Shown here: positions 40,092 through 50,143 of the stretch, one piece after another
Numbering within the stretch: position 1 is the stretch's first letter
Layout: every line of letters starts with the position of its first letter
Assembly (NCBI GenBank): GCA_965233585.1
Contig: CBDDTI010000295.1
Span: 64,001 to 128,000 of the forward strand
Length of the DNA stretch: 64,000 nt
Source of the DNA: a bacterium
GTDB lineage: Bacteria > SAR324 > NAC60-12
Direction: 5' to 3'
Notes under the pieces: model-generated
Seen by the model: the letters and a program-made list of their open reading frames with translations, nothing else
The model's database searches: none
What the model was told of the DNA's origin: nothing
Made by a program: the position numbers and the translations under genes

Positions 40092-40952
40092 TTAAAGGTT
40101 TTGGATTTGTTGTGGAGAGAGTCCAGTGATAGATTGAATCAAATCCATCTCCAATCCTTGAGCAAGCATCTTTTGAGCAATGTCAAGTTTCTCTTCTTGT
40201 CGTCCCTCTTCTCTTCCTTCTTCTCTTCCTTCTTGCTTACCTTTCTTCTCACCTAGCTCAATAGAGCTTTTTTGAATGGCAACAAACTCTTTTCTTTTGT
40301 GGTGGAGTTCTAACTCTTCAGATGTCATACCTGCTTCATTGACAATTTCTAAAGCCTTTTGGACAGAAGGATTGAAGGAATCAGGCACAAGATCAAACTC
40401 TTCAGCATGCTTGACAAAATAAATCCACTGATCTTGGAGTTCCTGTAAGTCTTCAAAGTTTTTTTGAAACTTGGGAAGTTCAATAAAGACCAGTTCAATC
40501 TCCCCTGAATATTCAGTAAGCTGTTCTTTTTCCAATAACCTGAAACAGTTGATAAGTCTATCATTGTTGTCAAACATGACAAAATCCACCACACTGACAG
40601 CAATGACAGGCTTGAGCAAGTGATACTGACTTCCTGTAACCAACTGCATAGAATACTTTTTACAAGCATTGTAGAGGACTCGTTTCTCAAAGCCATCATG
40701 GTTGATGACTTGCATCTCAATCATCACCTGCTCACCTGTGCTTAATGTGGCTTTGACATCTACATAGCTGTCTTTCATACCTTTGAGCAAAGGCGGATTG
40801 TAAGGGTCTTGAATCGTCAAATCTTCAATCTTTTCATCATTTTGAAAAGTTAAAATAGAATTGAGGAAGCTGAGCAGAAGGTCTTGGTGCTTGGCATTAC
40901 CAAAGACCATCTTGAAAGCATAATCTGTTTTGACATCTAAAAAACGCATCAC
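40092..40952 (-). CDS. Rpn family PD-(D/E)XK nuclease (recombination-promoting nuclease / putative transposase), copy A
   Basis: D.AFK.VFG, YVDV, IEMQ, FIELPKF, EGREEG repeats and IAQKML...TGLS C-terminal domain. Confidence 0.92.
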   Translation of the reverse strand: MMRFLDVKTDYAFKMVFGNAKHQDLLLSFLNSILTFQNDEKIEDLTIQDPYNPPLLKGMKDSYVDVKATLSTGEQVMIEMQVINHDGFEKRVLYNACKKYSMQLVTGSQYHLLKPVIAVSVVDFVMFDNNDRLINCFRLLEKEQLTEYSGEIELVFIELPKFQKNFEDLQELQDQWIYFVKHAEEFDLVPDSFNPSVQKALEIVNEAGMTSEELELHHKRKEFVAIQKSSIELGEKKGKQEGREEGREEGRQEEKLDIAQKMLAQGLEMDLIQSITGLSPQQIQNL

Positions 40953-41884
40953 GTTTCTATGGAAGAGGCAAAAGAGTCCATTATTTAATAAGGTTTTGGA
41001 TTTGTTGTTGAGAGAGTCCAGTGATAGATTGAATCAAATCCATCTCCAATCCTTGAGCAAGCATCTTTTGAGCAATGTCAAGTTTCTCTTCTTGTCGCCC
41101 TTCTTCTCTTCCCTCTTCTCTTCCTTCTTGCTTTCCTTTCTTCTCACCTAACTCAATAGAGCTTTTTTGAATGGCAACAAACTCTTTTCTTTTGTGATGG
41201 AGTTCTAACTCTTCAGCTGTCATACCTGCTTCATTGACAATTTCTAAAGCCTTTTGGACAGAAGGATTGAAGGAATCAGGCACAAGATCAAACTCTTCAG
41301 CATGCTTGACAAAATAAATCCACTGATCTTGGAGTTCCTGTAAGTCTTCAAAGTTTTTTTGAAACTTGGGAAGTTCAATAAAGACCAATTCAATCTCCCC
41401 TGAATATTCAGTAAGCTGTTCTTTTTCCAATAACCTGAAACAGTTGATGAGTTTGTCAGTGTTATCAAACATGACAAAATCCACCACACTGACAGCAATG
41501 ACAGGCTTGAGCAAGTGATACTGACTTCCTGTAACCAACTGCATAGAATACTTTTTACAAGCATTGTAGAGGACTCGTTTCTCAAAGCCATCATGGTTGA
41601 TGACTTGCATCTCAATCATCACCTGCTCACCTGTGCTTAATGTGGCTTTGACATCTACATAGCTGTCTTTCATACCTTTGAGCAAAGGCGGATTGTAAGG
41701 GTCTTGAATCGTCAAATCTTCAATCTTTTCATCATTTTGAAAAGTTAAAATAGAATTGAGGAAGCTGAGCAGAAGGTCTTGGTGCTTGGCATTACCAAAG
41801 ACCATCTTGAAAGCATAATCTGTTTTGACATCTAAAAAACGCATCACGTTTCTATGGAAGAGGCAAAAGAGTTCATTATTTAGT
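40095..41884. repeat. Tandem duplication, 2 x 895 bp
   Basis: 40095-40989 aligns with 40990-41884 with few substitutions. Confidence 0.9.
40981..41847 (-). CDS. Rpn family PD-(D/E)XK nuclease, copy B
   Basis: Near-identical to copy A, offset by 895 bp. Confidence 0.92.
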   Translation of the reverse strand: MMRFLDVKTDYAFKMVFGNAKHQDLLLSFLNSILTFQNDEKIEDLTIQDPYNPPLLKGMKDSYVDVKATLSTGEQVMIEMQVINHDGFEKRVLYNACKKYSMQLVTGSQYHLLKPVIAVSVVDFVMFDNTDKLINCFRLLEKEQLTEYSGEIELVFIELPKFQKNFEDLQELQDQWIYFVKHAEEFDLVPDSFNPSVQKALEIVNEAGMTAEELELHHKRKEFVAIQKSSIELGEKKGKQEGREEGREEGRQEEKLDIAQKMLAQGLEMDLIQSITGLSQQQIQNLIK

Positions 41885-41903
41885 AGAGAATAGAATCTGT
41901 CAA
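41875..41903 (-). promoter_or_regulatory. Putative sigma70 promoter of the rpn pair
   Basis: TTGACA-N17-AATAAT on the minus strand. Confidence 0.55.
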
Positions 41904-41993
41904 GACTTTGGTGGCTAGAGAAAGCCTCTTAAAAGACATCAGAAACTCAACCAAACAGGATATTTTTCTCCTGACCCTATCCCTCGCTTCACT

Positions 41994-42335
41994 CTAAAAA
42001 TGAGCAGGGGATTTGTCCCGCCTGCCATATTTGGTAAAATAGGCATCTTCTATCCAGACCACTTTCTGAATTTTATTGAGAGTATAGACAATTTTCAGGC
42101 AGTCGCAAGAAAGCTCCTCAATGTGAACCATTTCATAGCCCCCCATGGACAAAGTATTCGTTTTCGTCAGCAAGCCGACATTTTTATTGACTTGAGGCTC
42201 CCACCGATCCACAAAAAGATTAATCGCTTCTACTAGCTTTAATACTTCTGGTTTGTGAGATGGCTTTTTGTATTTTTTGAGGATATTCAATTTAAAATCC
42301 TCTGAAATTTTAATGGCACTGTAACTAACTGACAT
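41994..42335 (-). CDS. Putative RelE/ParE-like toxin
   Basis: 113 aa, Lys-rich; I.ISEDF start and KIVY...KVVWIED C-terminal pattern; overlaps the upstream small gene. Confidence 0.45.
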   Translation of the reverse strand: MSVSYSAIKISEDFKLNILKKYKKPSHKPEVLKLVEAINLFVDRWEPQVNKNVGLLTKTNTLSMGGYEMVHIEELSCDCLKIVYTLNKIQKVVWIEDAYFTKYGRRDKSPAHF

Positions 42336-42714
42336 CTGACTCCTCCAATTTTTCTAGTAATTCTTTCACAGTCACTCCCGTCCTTCCCACAGTATTGTCA
42401 ATAAGATGTATTTTTCTGCAGAAATCAGGATCTGCATCAAAATATTCTCCTCTTTCTTTTGCGGCTAAATCTTCTTCAAAAGACAAAAGTTCAAAATGTT
42501 CTTGTTGCTTGGTTTGACTATTCTGACTCAAAGTGCCTCGCAATAAACGCCATTCATGTTTCGTCAACTGATGGTGTTGTTCCTGTGAAACGGGGCTTTT
42601 AATTTCAAGACCTGTACACAACATGAAAGTGACTTCAGACCCTTCTCCTGTCACACTAACAATTTTGGCAGGACTGATGATCTGTTTTTGTTGAGATTTT
42701 TGACAGACTGACAT
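42325..42714 (-). CDS. Hypothetical protein, putative antitoxin
   Basis: 129 aa; AGGAG RBS; acidic C-terminus (GVTVKELLEKLEESD); 11 bp overlap with the downstream gene. Confidence 0.45.
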   Translation of the reverse strand: MSVCQKSQQKQIISPAKIVSVTGEGSEVTFMLCTGLEIKSPVSQEQHHQLTKHEWRLLRGTLSQNSQTKQQEHFELLSFEEDLAAKERGEYFDADPDFCRKIHLIDNTVGRTGVTVKELLEKLEESDVS

Positions 42715-42898
42715 AGCAATTTAACTCCTTGAAAATGATGACGTTAGTTTTGGCTTTGACCTTCTTAAAATGAAAGATGCTTATCCAAAATAAAGTATTA
42801 ATGATACAAACAAAATTGATTTTTGTAAAGAAACATACAAAATATTTTATCAATATCCTATTTTTCCATTCAAAAATCAATCTTTTCTGTTGTTTTTA

Positions 42899-44290
42899 TT
42901 ACTCTGTGACTAAATCTTCAGGGTGCTGGCTGGCGGCGCAGCGGAATCCCACGTCATCGTTTGCATTGATGGGAGAGTCATCTCCACGCATGGAAGAACG
43001 TAGGTATTCCAAAGGACTACTCCATGAACCCCCACGCAACACACGGTATTTGCCATGTTCTGCACCTTGCGGATTTGTCAAACGTCTCGCAGGATACGCC
43101 CCGTACCAGTCATACACCCACTCCCAGACGTTGCCGTGCATGTCATAAAGCTGATAGCGATTTGGTAATTTATCTGCAATCAGATGAGGTTGCCTGTTTG
43201 AGTTTTGGTTATACCAAGCATATTCATCTGCACGTTGTTTTTGAAAGCTGTAAGAATCAAGACCTCCTGCACGTGCAACTTTTTCCCATTCTGCTTCTGA
43301 AGGCAGTCTTTTATTGATGGCTTGGCAGTAATACCGTGCGGCATACCACGTGACATAGACAACAGGATAATTACTGCGGTTGATGGGAGAGGTTAAGTCA
43401 CCCACCCAGTTTTGCAAGTAGTTTCCGTTGTGAAATTCTTGGGGAAACGAGCTTTTACGCAAGTAAGGGTCTTTGATGAGATATTTGAGATAATCAATAT
43501 TGCTCACTTCACAGCGGTCAATCCAAAACTCATCTAATTCCACAGCATGAGGCACTTTTTCGTCATCTCGCCCATCTGAAGAACCCATGATAAACACACC
43601 TTTTGGAATCAAAACCATGCCTTTTCTGACGGTCATACCCCCTATTTGCCCAGTTGCCACACATGGAGAATTGGGCAGGTCTTCAATGATTGTTTCTACA
43701 ACCGCTTCCTCAGGAAAAAGTTTTTTGTCAAGATTGGTCAGAATGTGCCGATACAATTCCCTTAAATTATGCTGATTGCCAACTAGACGACCAATCAAAT
43801 TGACTTCATACCGTCCACAAGAAGAACGACTTTTCAGACAACGCAATTTACGATGAATCCATTTTCTCAAAGCCTTTCTAGCCTTCTTCACCTCCACTTC
43901 ACGCAACAAAAATGCCTCGTGCCGAAAATAAGTTTTTTCAAAAATGTCTAAGGTAGAAACCCCTTGTTTAGCAGTGTCTATGATGGTGTCATATTTTTGA
44001 CAGAACTCTTGTTGACTGACAGGCACAGGCTTTTGTTGATTGCGTCTCAACGAACAAGATCTGGTGTCTGAACGACTTTTGATTCTCAAAGACTCTTTTA
44101 AAATTTCATAACGCATGTTGGAAATGACGTGCAGCAGCGGATAAGTTTCTCCACGACCTAACGCCTCTACAAATGCTTGGATCGCTTGCTCTGCAAATCG
44201 GTCTGAAAGCTCACGGAACAAGCTCTTTTGCTGTCCATAAACCAAAGATGCCCAAAGCACAAAGGCAATGATTAAAAATGATTGTCTCAC
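42899..44290 (-). CDS. Exported formylglycine-generating-enzyme (SUMF1) domain protein
   Basis: Signal peptide; FIMGS, RLPSEAEWEK, LYDMHGNVWEW, RGGSW, GFRC. Confidence 0.9.
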   Translation of the reverse strand: MRQSFLIIAFVLWASLVYGQQKSLFRELSDRFAEQAIQAFVEALGRGETYPLLHVISNMRYEILKESLRIKSRSDTRSCSLRRNQQKPVPVSQQEFCQKYDTIIDTAKQGVSTLDIFEKTYFRHEAFLLREVEVKKARKALRKWIHRKLRCLKSRSSCGRYEVNLIGRLVGNQHNLRELYRHILTNLDKKLFPEEAVVETIIEDLPNSPCVATGQIGGMTVRKGMVLIPKGVFIMGSSDGRDDEKVPHAVELDEFWIDRCEVSNIDYLKYLIKDPYLRKSSFPQEFHNGNYLQNWVGDLTSPINRSNYPVVYVTWYAARYYCQAINKRLPSEAEWEKVARAGGLDSYSFQKQRADEYAWYNQNSNRQPHLIADKLPNRYQLYDMHGNVWEWVYDWYGAYPARRLTNPQGAEHGKYRVLRGGSWSSPLEYLRSSMRGDDSPINANDDVGFRCAASQHPEDLVTE

Positions 44291-44964
44291 TTTTGTTGAT
44301 TCAGTCTTGTCATTAAAGGGTCTTCTATACCTGCCTCCTCAAAACCTTGTTGACGCAAAAGACAAGAGGGGCAATTCATACAAGGTGGAATCATACCTTG
44401 ATAGCAAGTGTGGCTGTGAGCCAACGCCTCCATTGCCCCACATTCTACACCAAGTTTCACAGTACCCGCTTTACTCATGTCCATCAAAGGAGTTTGAATG
44501 GAAACAGGAGAGTCCAACCCAAGAGAAATAGCAGTCTCAAGAGCTTTGATGGTGTCCTCACGGCAATCTGGATAGTTGCCACAATCAGCTTGGCTGACAC
44601 CTGTGACAATGGTGTTGCATTGATTTTGATAAGCAAATGCTGCGGCAAAAGACAAGAAGATTAAATTTCTGGCAGGAACAAAAGTGTTGGGGATTTCACC
44701 ATCTGCCACAGATTCTGGAATGTTCATGGAAGCATCAATCAATGAATTGCCTGACAGCTTTTCAAAGGTATTGATTGGCAAAATGACATGAGGGACTTGA
44801 GCCAACCCAGCTACTTTGTTGGCACAATTCAGCTCAATACGATGCCTTTGCCCATAATCAAAGGTCAATGCTATCACTTCTTCATACTCCCTTTTTGCCC
44901 AATAAAGACAAGTTGTAGAGTCTTGACCCCCTGAAAAAACAACAATCGCTTTTTCCTTTTTCAT
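44287..44964 (-). CDS. queC: 7-cyano-7-deazaguanine synthase
   Basis: FSGGQDSTTC, TFVPARN, YPDCR, TCY...C..C.SC. Confidence 0.97.
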   Translation of the reverse strand: MKKEKAIVVFSGGQDSTTCLYWAKREYEEVIALTFDYGQRHRIELNCANKVAGLAQVPHVILPINTFEKLSGNSLIDASMNIPESVADGEIPNTFVPARNLIFLSFAAAFAYQNQCNTIVTGVSQADCGNYPDCREDTIKALETAISLGLDSPVSIQTPLMDMSKAGTVKLGVECGAMEALAHSHTCYQGMIPPCMNCPSCLLRQQGFEEAGIEDPLMTRLNQQK

Positions 44965-45105
44965 AATTTCACTTTAATAAAGTTGATTTCAAATTTTTAA
45001 GTCCATTTGTTCCTCACCTCCCAGCCCGAACTGTCAAATTTTGAACGTGCGAAACAAGCATCTATTTTCTCAAAATTGATTTGATTTGAAAGTATTAGTC
45101 TATTT

Positions 45106-45828
45106 TCAAGAAAGCCTTTTGCCAAGACTGAGGAACACTTTTGAAGGATCTCGCAGGTCTATTTTGGCATGTTGACGATTGGCTTGCTTTAAAATCTGCA
45201 CTCCCACTTGTTGCAACTGTTTGATCTTCTTCGGATAATCACCCAAACCAAGAGACACCTCCACGACAGGATAAATGAGTTTGACATTCGTTTGGTCAGA
45301 AAGGTCAATCGTGGTGTTTTGCCACTCTGGAGCATCGTTTTTTAGAGACTTGATAATTTGCTGAATCTTCTGAAAGGTCTTTTTTTGGGGCATTTGCGTT
45401 TTTCCACCTTTGACAATGATAGGCAAGACACTTGGGTCACCTTTGTCAAGAATGGCAAGAAGTTTTGAGTTTTCATCTAAGACATGAAATTCATCTTGAA
45501 ACTTCCAAACCACAAAAGGTTGATTTTCCTCAACAATCACATAGACTCTATCAGGGTAAATTTTCCTGACCACAACTTGTTTGAAAGTGGCGTATTGAAA
45601 ATGAGACAAAAGTTCTAAAGGGTTGACATCATTCCAAACGTCTCCTAATTCCAACATTTTTAAAATGTGCTGGGCTGAAAAAGTTTGATTCCCACTTACA
45701 GTAACTTGAGCCACAGGTGCAGGTTCTTTTGTGAAGAGATACCTCATGCCCCCAAACAACATTCCCAAACAAGTGATGGCAACAATCATCATCAACGCCG
45801 CATGAATGACCTTGGGCATTCGTGTCAC
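45106..45828 (-). CDS. ftsQ: Cell division protein FtsQ/DivIB
   Basis: TM helix, POTRA (V.GN...V.RKIYPD.V.V.VEE), IDLR; coupled to murB. Confidence 0.85.
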   Translation of the reverse strand: MTRMPKVIHAALMMIVAITCLGMLFGGMRYLFTKEPAPVAQVTVSGNQTFSAQHILKMLELGDVWNDVNPLELLSHFQYATFKQVVVRKIYPDRVYVIVEENQPFVVWKFQDEFHVLDENSKLLAILDKGDPSVLPIIVKGGKTQMPQKKTFQKIQQIIKSLKNDAPEWQNTTIDLSDQTNVKLIYPVVEVSLGLGDYPKKIKQLQQVGVQILKQANRQHAKIDLRDPSKVFLSLGKRLS

Positions 45829-46736
45829 TTTTGCCTCAACACTTTGGCTTCTAACTCCAACTGCACCCCATGTTCTTTCATCACTTTTTCTTGGGACATT
45901 TCAATCAATTTTAAAATATCGCTTGCGGTGGCTTGACCATGATTGACAATGAAGTTTGCATGCTTCTCGCTGATTTGTGCCTGACCGTTAGAGACTCCCT
46001 TCAAACCCACTGACTCAATCAACTGCCCAGCAGGTGCAACTGATGGATTTTTAAAGACAGACCCACAGCTTGGCATTTGTAGGGGTTGTCTGGCTTGCCT
46101 GAAGGCAGAATGCTTGTCTAAAAGAGATTTGACTCGTCTCACTGATGAATGTTGAAGTTGGAACAATGCCCCCGCAATCACCCCTTTCCCAGCCACCGAC
46201 GAAAAACGATAGCTAAAACTCAAATCTTCTGCTTTGGACTCGTGATACTTTCCTTGCCAATCTACCCAATCAATCTGTTTGAGGAAAAGGCACGTCTCGC
46301 TCCCGTATGCCCCTGCATTCATCGCCACTGCACCACCAATCGTTCCGGGAATTGATGCTAAAAACTCAATCCCCCCCTTGTTCCATGAAGAACATCTTTT
46401 GACGAATGTTGTATTCAAAACTGCTGAACCCGTATAGGCTTCTAGCCCTTCAAGGTTTTTCTTTTCTCTAAAAGACCCAGACAAATGCAAAACCACTCCT
46501 TGCCAATAACTCTCTGCTAAAATCAAGTTGGAACCTCTGCCTAAAACAAAAAATGGAATTTGAAACTCTTGAAGGACAGGTAAAATGACCTGTAAATCTT
46601 GCACACAACATGGCTCAATCAAACACTCTGCAATAGAGTCAAGCCTCAATGTATTGAATCGTTGCAGGGAATAATCCCAGTGGATTAAAGACGGGTCTAT
46701 CTTTTGGGGCAAGATTTTTTTCCAACTTAAAGACAT
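45825..46736 (-). CDS. murB: UDP-N-acetylmuramate dehydrogenase
   Basis: LGRGSNL, IPGTIGGAVAMNAGAYG, SCGSVFKNP, KHANFIVN. Confidence 0.96.
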   Translation of the reverse strand: MSLSWKKILPQKIDPSLIHWDYSLQRFNTLRLDSIAECLIEPCCVQDLQVILPVLQEFQIPFFVLGRGSNLILAESYWQGVVLHLSGSFREKKNLEGLEAYTGSAVLNTTFVKRCSSWNKGGIEFLASIPGTIGGAVAMNAGAYGSETCLFLKQIDWVDWQGKYHESKAEDLSFSYRFSSVAGKGVIAGALFQLQHSSVRRVKSLLDKHSAFRQARQPLQMPSCGSVFKNPSVAPAGQLIESVGLKGVSNGQAQISEKHANFIVNHGQATASDILKLIEMSQEKVMKEHGVQLELEAKVLRQK

Positions 46737-46739
46737 GTT

Positions 46740-47078
46740 TTATTCAACAGAAACTGGAATTTGAGAAAAAATAGAATAAAGCTCTTCAAGGCAATAATAT
46801 TTGCGAGCTTCAGGATGAAAGATGTGAAGCATGCACTCATGGTAATCCATGACAACCCATGAGCCTTCAGCAAGCCCTTCAATGGCAGACGCACGATGCC
46901 CTTGCTTTTTCATCTCCATTTCCACACGGTCTGCAATCCCTCTTACATGGGCTTGGGAATGACCTTGACAGACCACAAAATAATCTGTCATCAACGACTT
47001 GCCTTGTGTGTCAAAACAAATAACCTCTTGTGCCTTAGCCTCAGACAACGTAGAGATGATTTTTTGAGTAAATGTCAT
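46740..47078 (-). CDS. rsfS: Ribosome silencing factor
   Basis: DYFVVC, WVVMDY, HIF.PEARKYY.LE. Confidence 0.93.
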   Translation of the reverse strand: MTFTQKIISTLSEAKAQEVICFDTQGKSLMTDYFVVCQGHSQAHVRGIADRVEMEMKKQGHRASAIEGLAEGSWVVMDYHECMLHIFHPEARKYYCLEELYSIFSQIPVSVE

Positions 47079-47546
47079 TTATCCTTTGAAAAAAACTAAA
47101 TTCTCCAGTGTAGCACGATTCGGCTTCAAAAGTCGCTCAATGCAAAATTTGTGAAAACAAAAAACTTTTTCCTCTGCTTTGCTAGTATCACAAAACTCAT
47201 CAATAGCTCTTCGCCTCTCAATCATCTTGAATTAGAGGAAGAAATAGATATACACTAATAGCCGATTTTCAAAAAAATGAATGAGGTTGAAAAATCCTCA
47301 AGAAAAGCATTTTAAACGAGCTTGACACCATTCCCACATCACATGCACTTACCCATTGGAGAACTTGTAACAATTCTTATTTTTACGCCATTTTTGATTT
47401 AAAAAGTCAAAAATTTCAAGGAATGATAAGCTACTTACGGGTTCAAGAAGAGGCAGTCATTGGAATAGGGAATGTGATTTTTCAGATTAATCAAATAGGA
47501 ATGTCAAAAAGCAGCAATTCACTTACGAAACCAGAAGGAAAACATT

Positions 47547-48215
47547 ATGACAGCACATTTACAACGAGAGATAGAACAACTCAATCAGCAAGTGATGAAA
47601 CTAGGAGGTTCAGTTAAAAATTGCTTACAGATGGCATTGCAAGCATTGAAAGAACAAGACACAGCACTAGCACAAGAAACAATCGCTTATGATCTTGAGA
47701 TTGACAAAGCAGAAATTGCCCTTGAGGAAGAATGCTTGAAAATCTTTGCACTGTATCAGCCTGTTGCAGTAGATTTGCGATATTTGGTCTCTGTCCTAAA
47801 AATCAATAACGACTTGGAGAGGATTGCAGACTTAGCCGTAGATATTGCCAAATGTGTCTTGAAACTAGGTCATAGGAATTGGGAAGAAACCTTTGACTTT
47901 GCAGAAATGGGCAAGTCTGCTCAGCACTCTTTAGACTTGGCGCTAGAAGCCTTGATTGAGTCAGACACAGCGAAGGCAACCCTTGTCTGTGAAGAAGAAG
48001 ACCGCCTTGACAACTTCAATAAACAAGTAGAAAAGCAACTGTTGCAAGGTATCAAAGACAGACCTCACAACCTCGTTTACTTTCTGAACTTTCGGTCTAT
48101 GGGCAAATGTTTAGAAAGGATTGGAGACCACACCAAAAAAATTGCTGAAGATGTCGTCTATATGGTAGATTCCAAAATCATTAGACACCACCACAAGTTA
48201 GGAAAAAAAGAATGA
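47547..48215 (+). CDS. phoU: Phosphate signalling complex protein PhoU
   Basis: QPVAVDLR, DLERIAD, LERIGDH. Confidence 0.95.
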   Translation: MTAHLQREIEQLNQQVMKLGGSVKNCLQMALQALKEQDTALAQETIAYDLEIDKAEIALEEECLKIFALYQPVAVDLRYLVSVLKINNDLERIADLAVDIAKCVLKLGHRNWEETFDFAEMGKSAQHSLDLALEALIESDTAKATLVCEEEDRLDNFNKQVEKQLLQGIKDRPHNLVYFLNFRSMGKCLERIGDHTKKIAEDVVYMVDSKIIRHHHKLGKKE

Positions 48216-48304
48216 CACGCAAAGCCTTTAAGAAGTCTCTGATAACATATAAAATACCCTGTTCTAACTTTTGAAAAATAAACCCAATCTGATTTAGGAA
48301 TGCC

Positions 48305-49162
48305 ATGAAATATGCTTACCATGATCACAACTTTTTATTGGGTGCAGACACAGAAATTTTGCGAAACCTTGCCAACTCCCTTTATCCCCAATATTTGCAA
48401 AGACTCTATCAAGAAGGCAAGACCATTCAACCTGCCCCACTTCCTGTTCTTGATGCCGATTTTGTAGAAAGTAGTGAAGCTCTTTGGTTCCGCGTCTTGT
48501 CTGAAGTCATGTATGCAGAATTAAGTCAAAATCAAGAAGGAATTTTGCACACATTGCTCATGTTTGGCAGTGCCAGAATTGGCAACCAAGATTGGCACTC
48601 TGAAATCCCAGAAGTCAAAGACTCACTTGATGCAGCCAGACAAATTGCCAAGGAGTTTACTCAGTGGAGTCTTGAGCAGTCTCCAAACTCCAAGCAAGCC
48701 TTTGCGGTTTGCACAGGTGGGGGCGGAGGCATCATGGAAGCAGGCAATCAGGGGGCGCATGAGGCAGGCGGTGTTTCTCTTGGAATGAATATCATTCTGC
48801 CCTTTGAACAAGAACACAATCCCTACATTACAGAACATTTTGTTTTTAACTTCCGCTATTTCTTCACAAGAAAGTTTCATTTTTTAAGGCGTGGCAAAGC
48901 CATGATTGTTTTCCCCGGTGGATTTGGCAGTTTTGATGAGCTTTTTGAATCGTTAACACTCATTCAAACCAAAAAAATTGAACCCATTCCCATCATTCTT
49001 TTTCATACAAAATTTTGGAAAGATGTTGTCCAGTTAGAAAAACTTCTTGAATACGGAACGCTTAGTCAGGAAGATTTGGATTTATTCCGCTATGAAGATT
49101 CTGTTGAAAATGTGCTTGAATTAATCAAGGCAGAGTTTTCTCAATTCATACCTTCTTCTTAA
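48305..49162 (+). CDS. LOG family protein (TIGR00730-like)
   Basis: FGSAR, TGGGGGIMEA, FFTRK, PGGFGSFDE. Confidence 0.92.
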   Translation: MKYAYHDHNFLLGADTEILRNLANSLYPQYLQRLYQEGKTIQPAPLPVLDADFVESSEALWFRVLSEVMYAELSQNQEGILHTLLMFGSARIGNQDWHSEIPEVKDSLDAARQIAKEFTQWSLEQSPNSKQAFAVCTGGGGGIMEAGNQGAHEAGGVSLGMNIILPFEQEHNPYITEHFVFNFRYFFTRKFHFLRRGKAMIVFPGGFGSFDELFESLTLIQTKKIEPIPIILFHTKFWKDVVQLEKLLEYGTLSQEDLDLFRYEDSVENVLELIKAEFSQFIPSS

Positions 49163-49186
49163 CCTTCAAAATAGAACTCAACAACT

Positions 49187-50143
49187 ATGGTCAAGTTTCT
49201 GCTTTTCTTTGTTGCATTTTCCTTTTCTTCTATCATCACTTTTGCTTCTCAACCTGAAAATTTAATTCTTGGCAAACATGCTCAAACCGTCTTACTTGCA
49301 GACAAATCAGGGTGTCGCTTGTCTGTCTTCCAATACAATCAAGACCAAACTCAGTTTGAAAAAATCAAATCATATGTTTGTGAAAGTGGAAAACGTTCAG
49401 GCGATAAAAAAATAGAAGGAGATGAGCGCACCCCAACAGGTGTTTATTTTTTGCAAAGGGCATGGACAGGTCGCACCTTAAAAAGCAAATATGGTAAATA
49501 TGCAGATGTTTATGGCTCTGGTGCATTTGAAATGAGCTATCCAAACTATTTAGACCGCTATGTTTTGAACAATGGAGGGTCAGGAATCTGGTTGCATGGG
49601 ACAATAGAAGTCCGCCCAAAAGCCACAAGAGGTTGCATTTCTTTGGGCAATGACCACTTATTAGATGTCGGGCAGTACATTTCTCTACGTCAGACACAAA
49701 TTGTGGTTTCTGATTCTGTCAAAGAGATTTCAGATGAACAAATGCAAAGCCTTCGTCAAGGATTACTTGCCTTCTTAGAATCATGGCGTAGCACATGGGA
49801 GTCTGGCACAACACAAGACTATTTGAAGCATTACTCAGCAGATTTTAAAAATGCAGGGTTTGACTTTCAACAATGGCAGGGCTATAAAACCAAAATCAAC
49901 GCACGCAATCAAAATAGAAAAATTGGGGTTTCAGAAACTGTCATCTTCAAGGCAAAAAATATTTTTCATATCCAATTCAAACAAGACTATCAATCTTCTC
50001 ACACGAATCAAGTTGGTTATAAGACACTTTACGTCAAGGAAGAAGATGGTCGTTATCTCATTTTAAGTGAAGAATGGGCGCCACTGAATCAGCACCAATC
50101 TGCCCAACATGATGTTTTGCCAAGCCCAAACTCTTCAACATGA
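49187..50143 (+). CDS. L,D-transpeptidase/carboxypeptidase (YkuD) with C-terminal NTF2-like domain
   Basis: GD.RTPTGVY, YPN, GIWLHG...TRGC; signal peptide. Confidence 0.9.
   Translation: MVKFLLFFVAFSFSSIITFASQPENLILGKHAQTVLLADKSGCRLSVFQYNQDQTQFEKIKSYVCESGKRSGDKKIEGDERTPTGVYFLQRAWTGRTLKSKYGKYADVYGSGAFEMSYPNYLDRYVLNNGGSGIWLHGTIEVRPKATRGCISLGNDHLLDVGQYISLRQTQIVVSDSVKEISDEQMQSLRQGLLAFLESWRSTWESGTTQDYLKHYSADFKNAGFDFQQWQGYKTKINARNQNRKIGVSETVIFKAKNIFHIQFKQDYQSSHTNQVGYKTLYVKEEDGRYLILSEEWAPLNQHQSAQHDVLPSPNSST

Noticed and set aside
42656..43148. ORFs 42656-42880 (-) and 42777-43148 (+)
   Set aside because: Low-complexity AT-rich intergenic sequence and overlap with real genes
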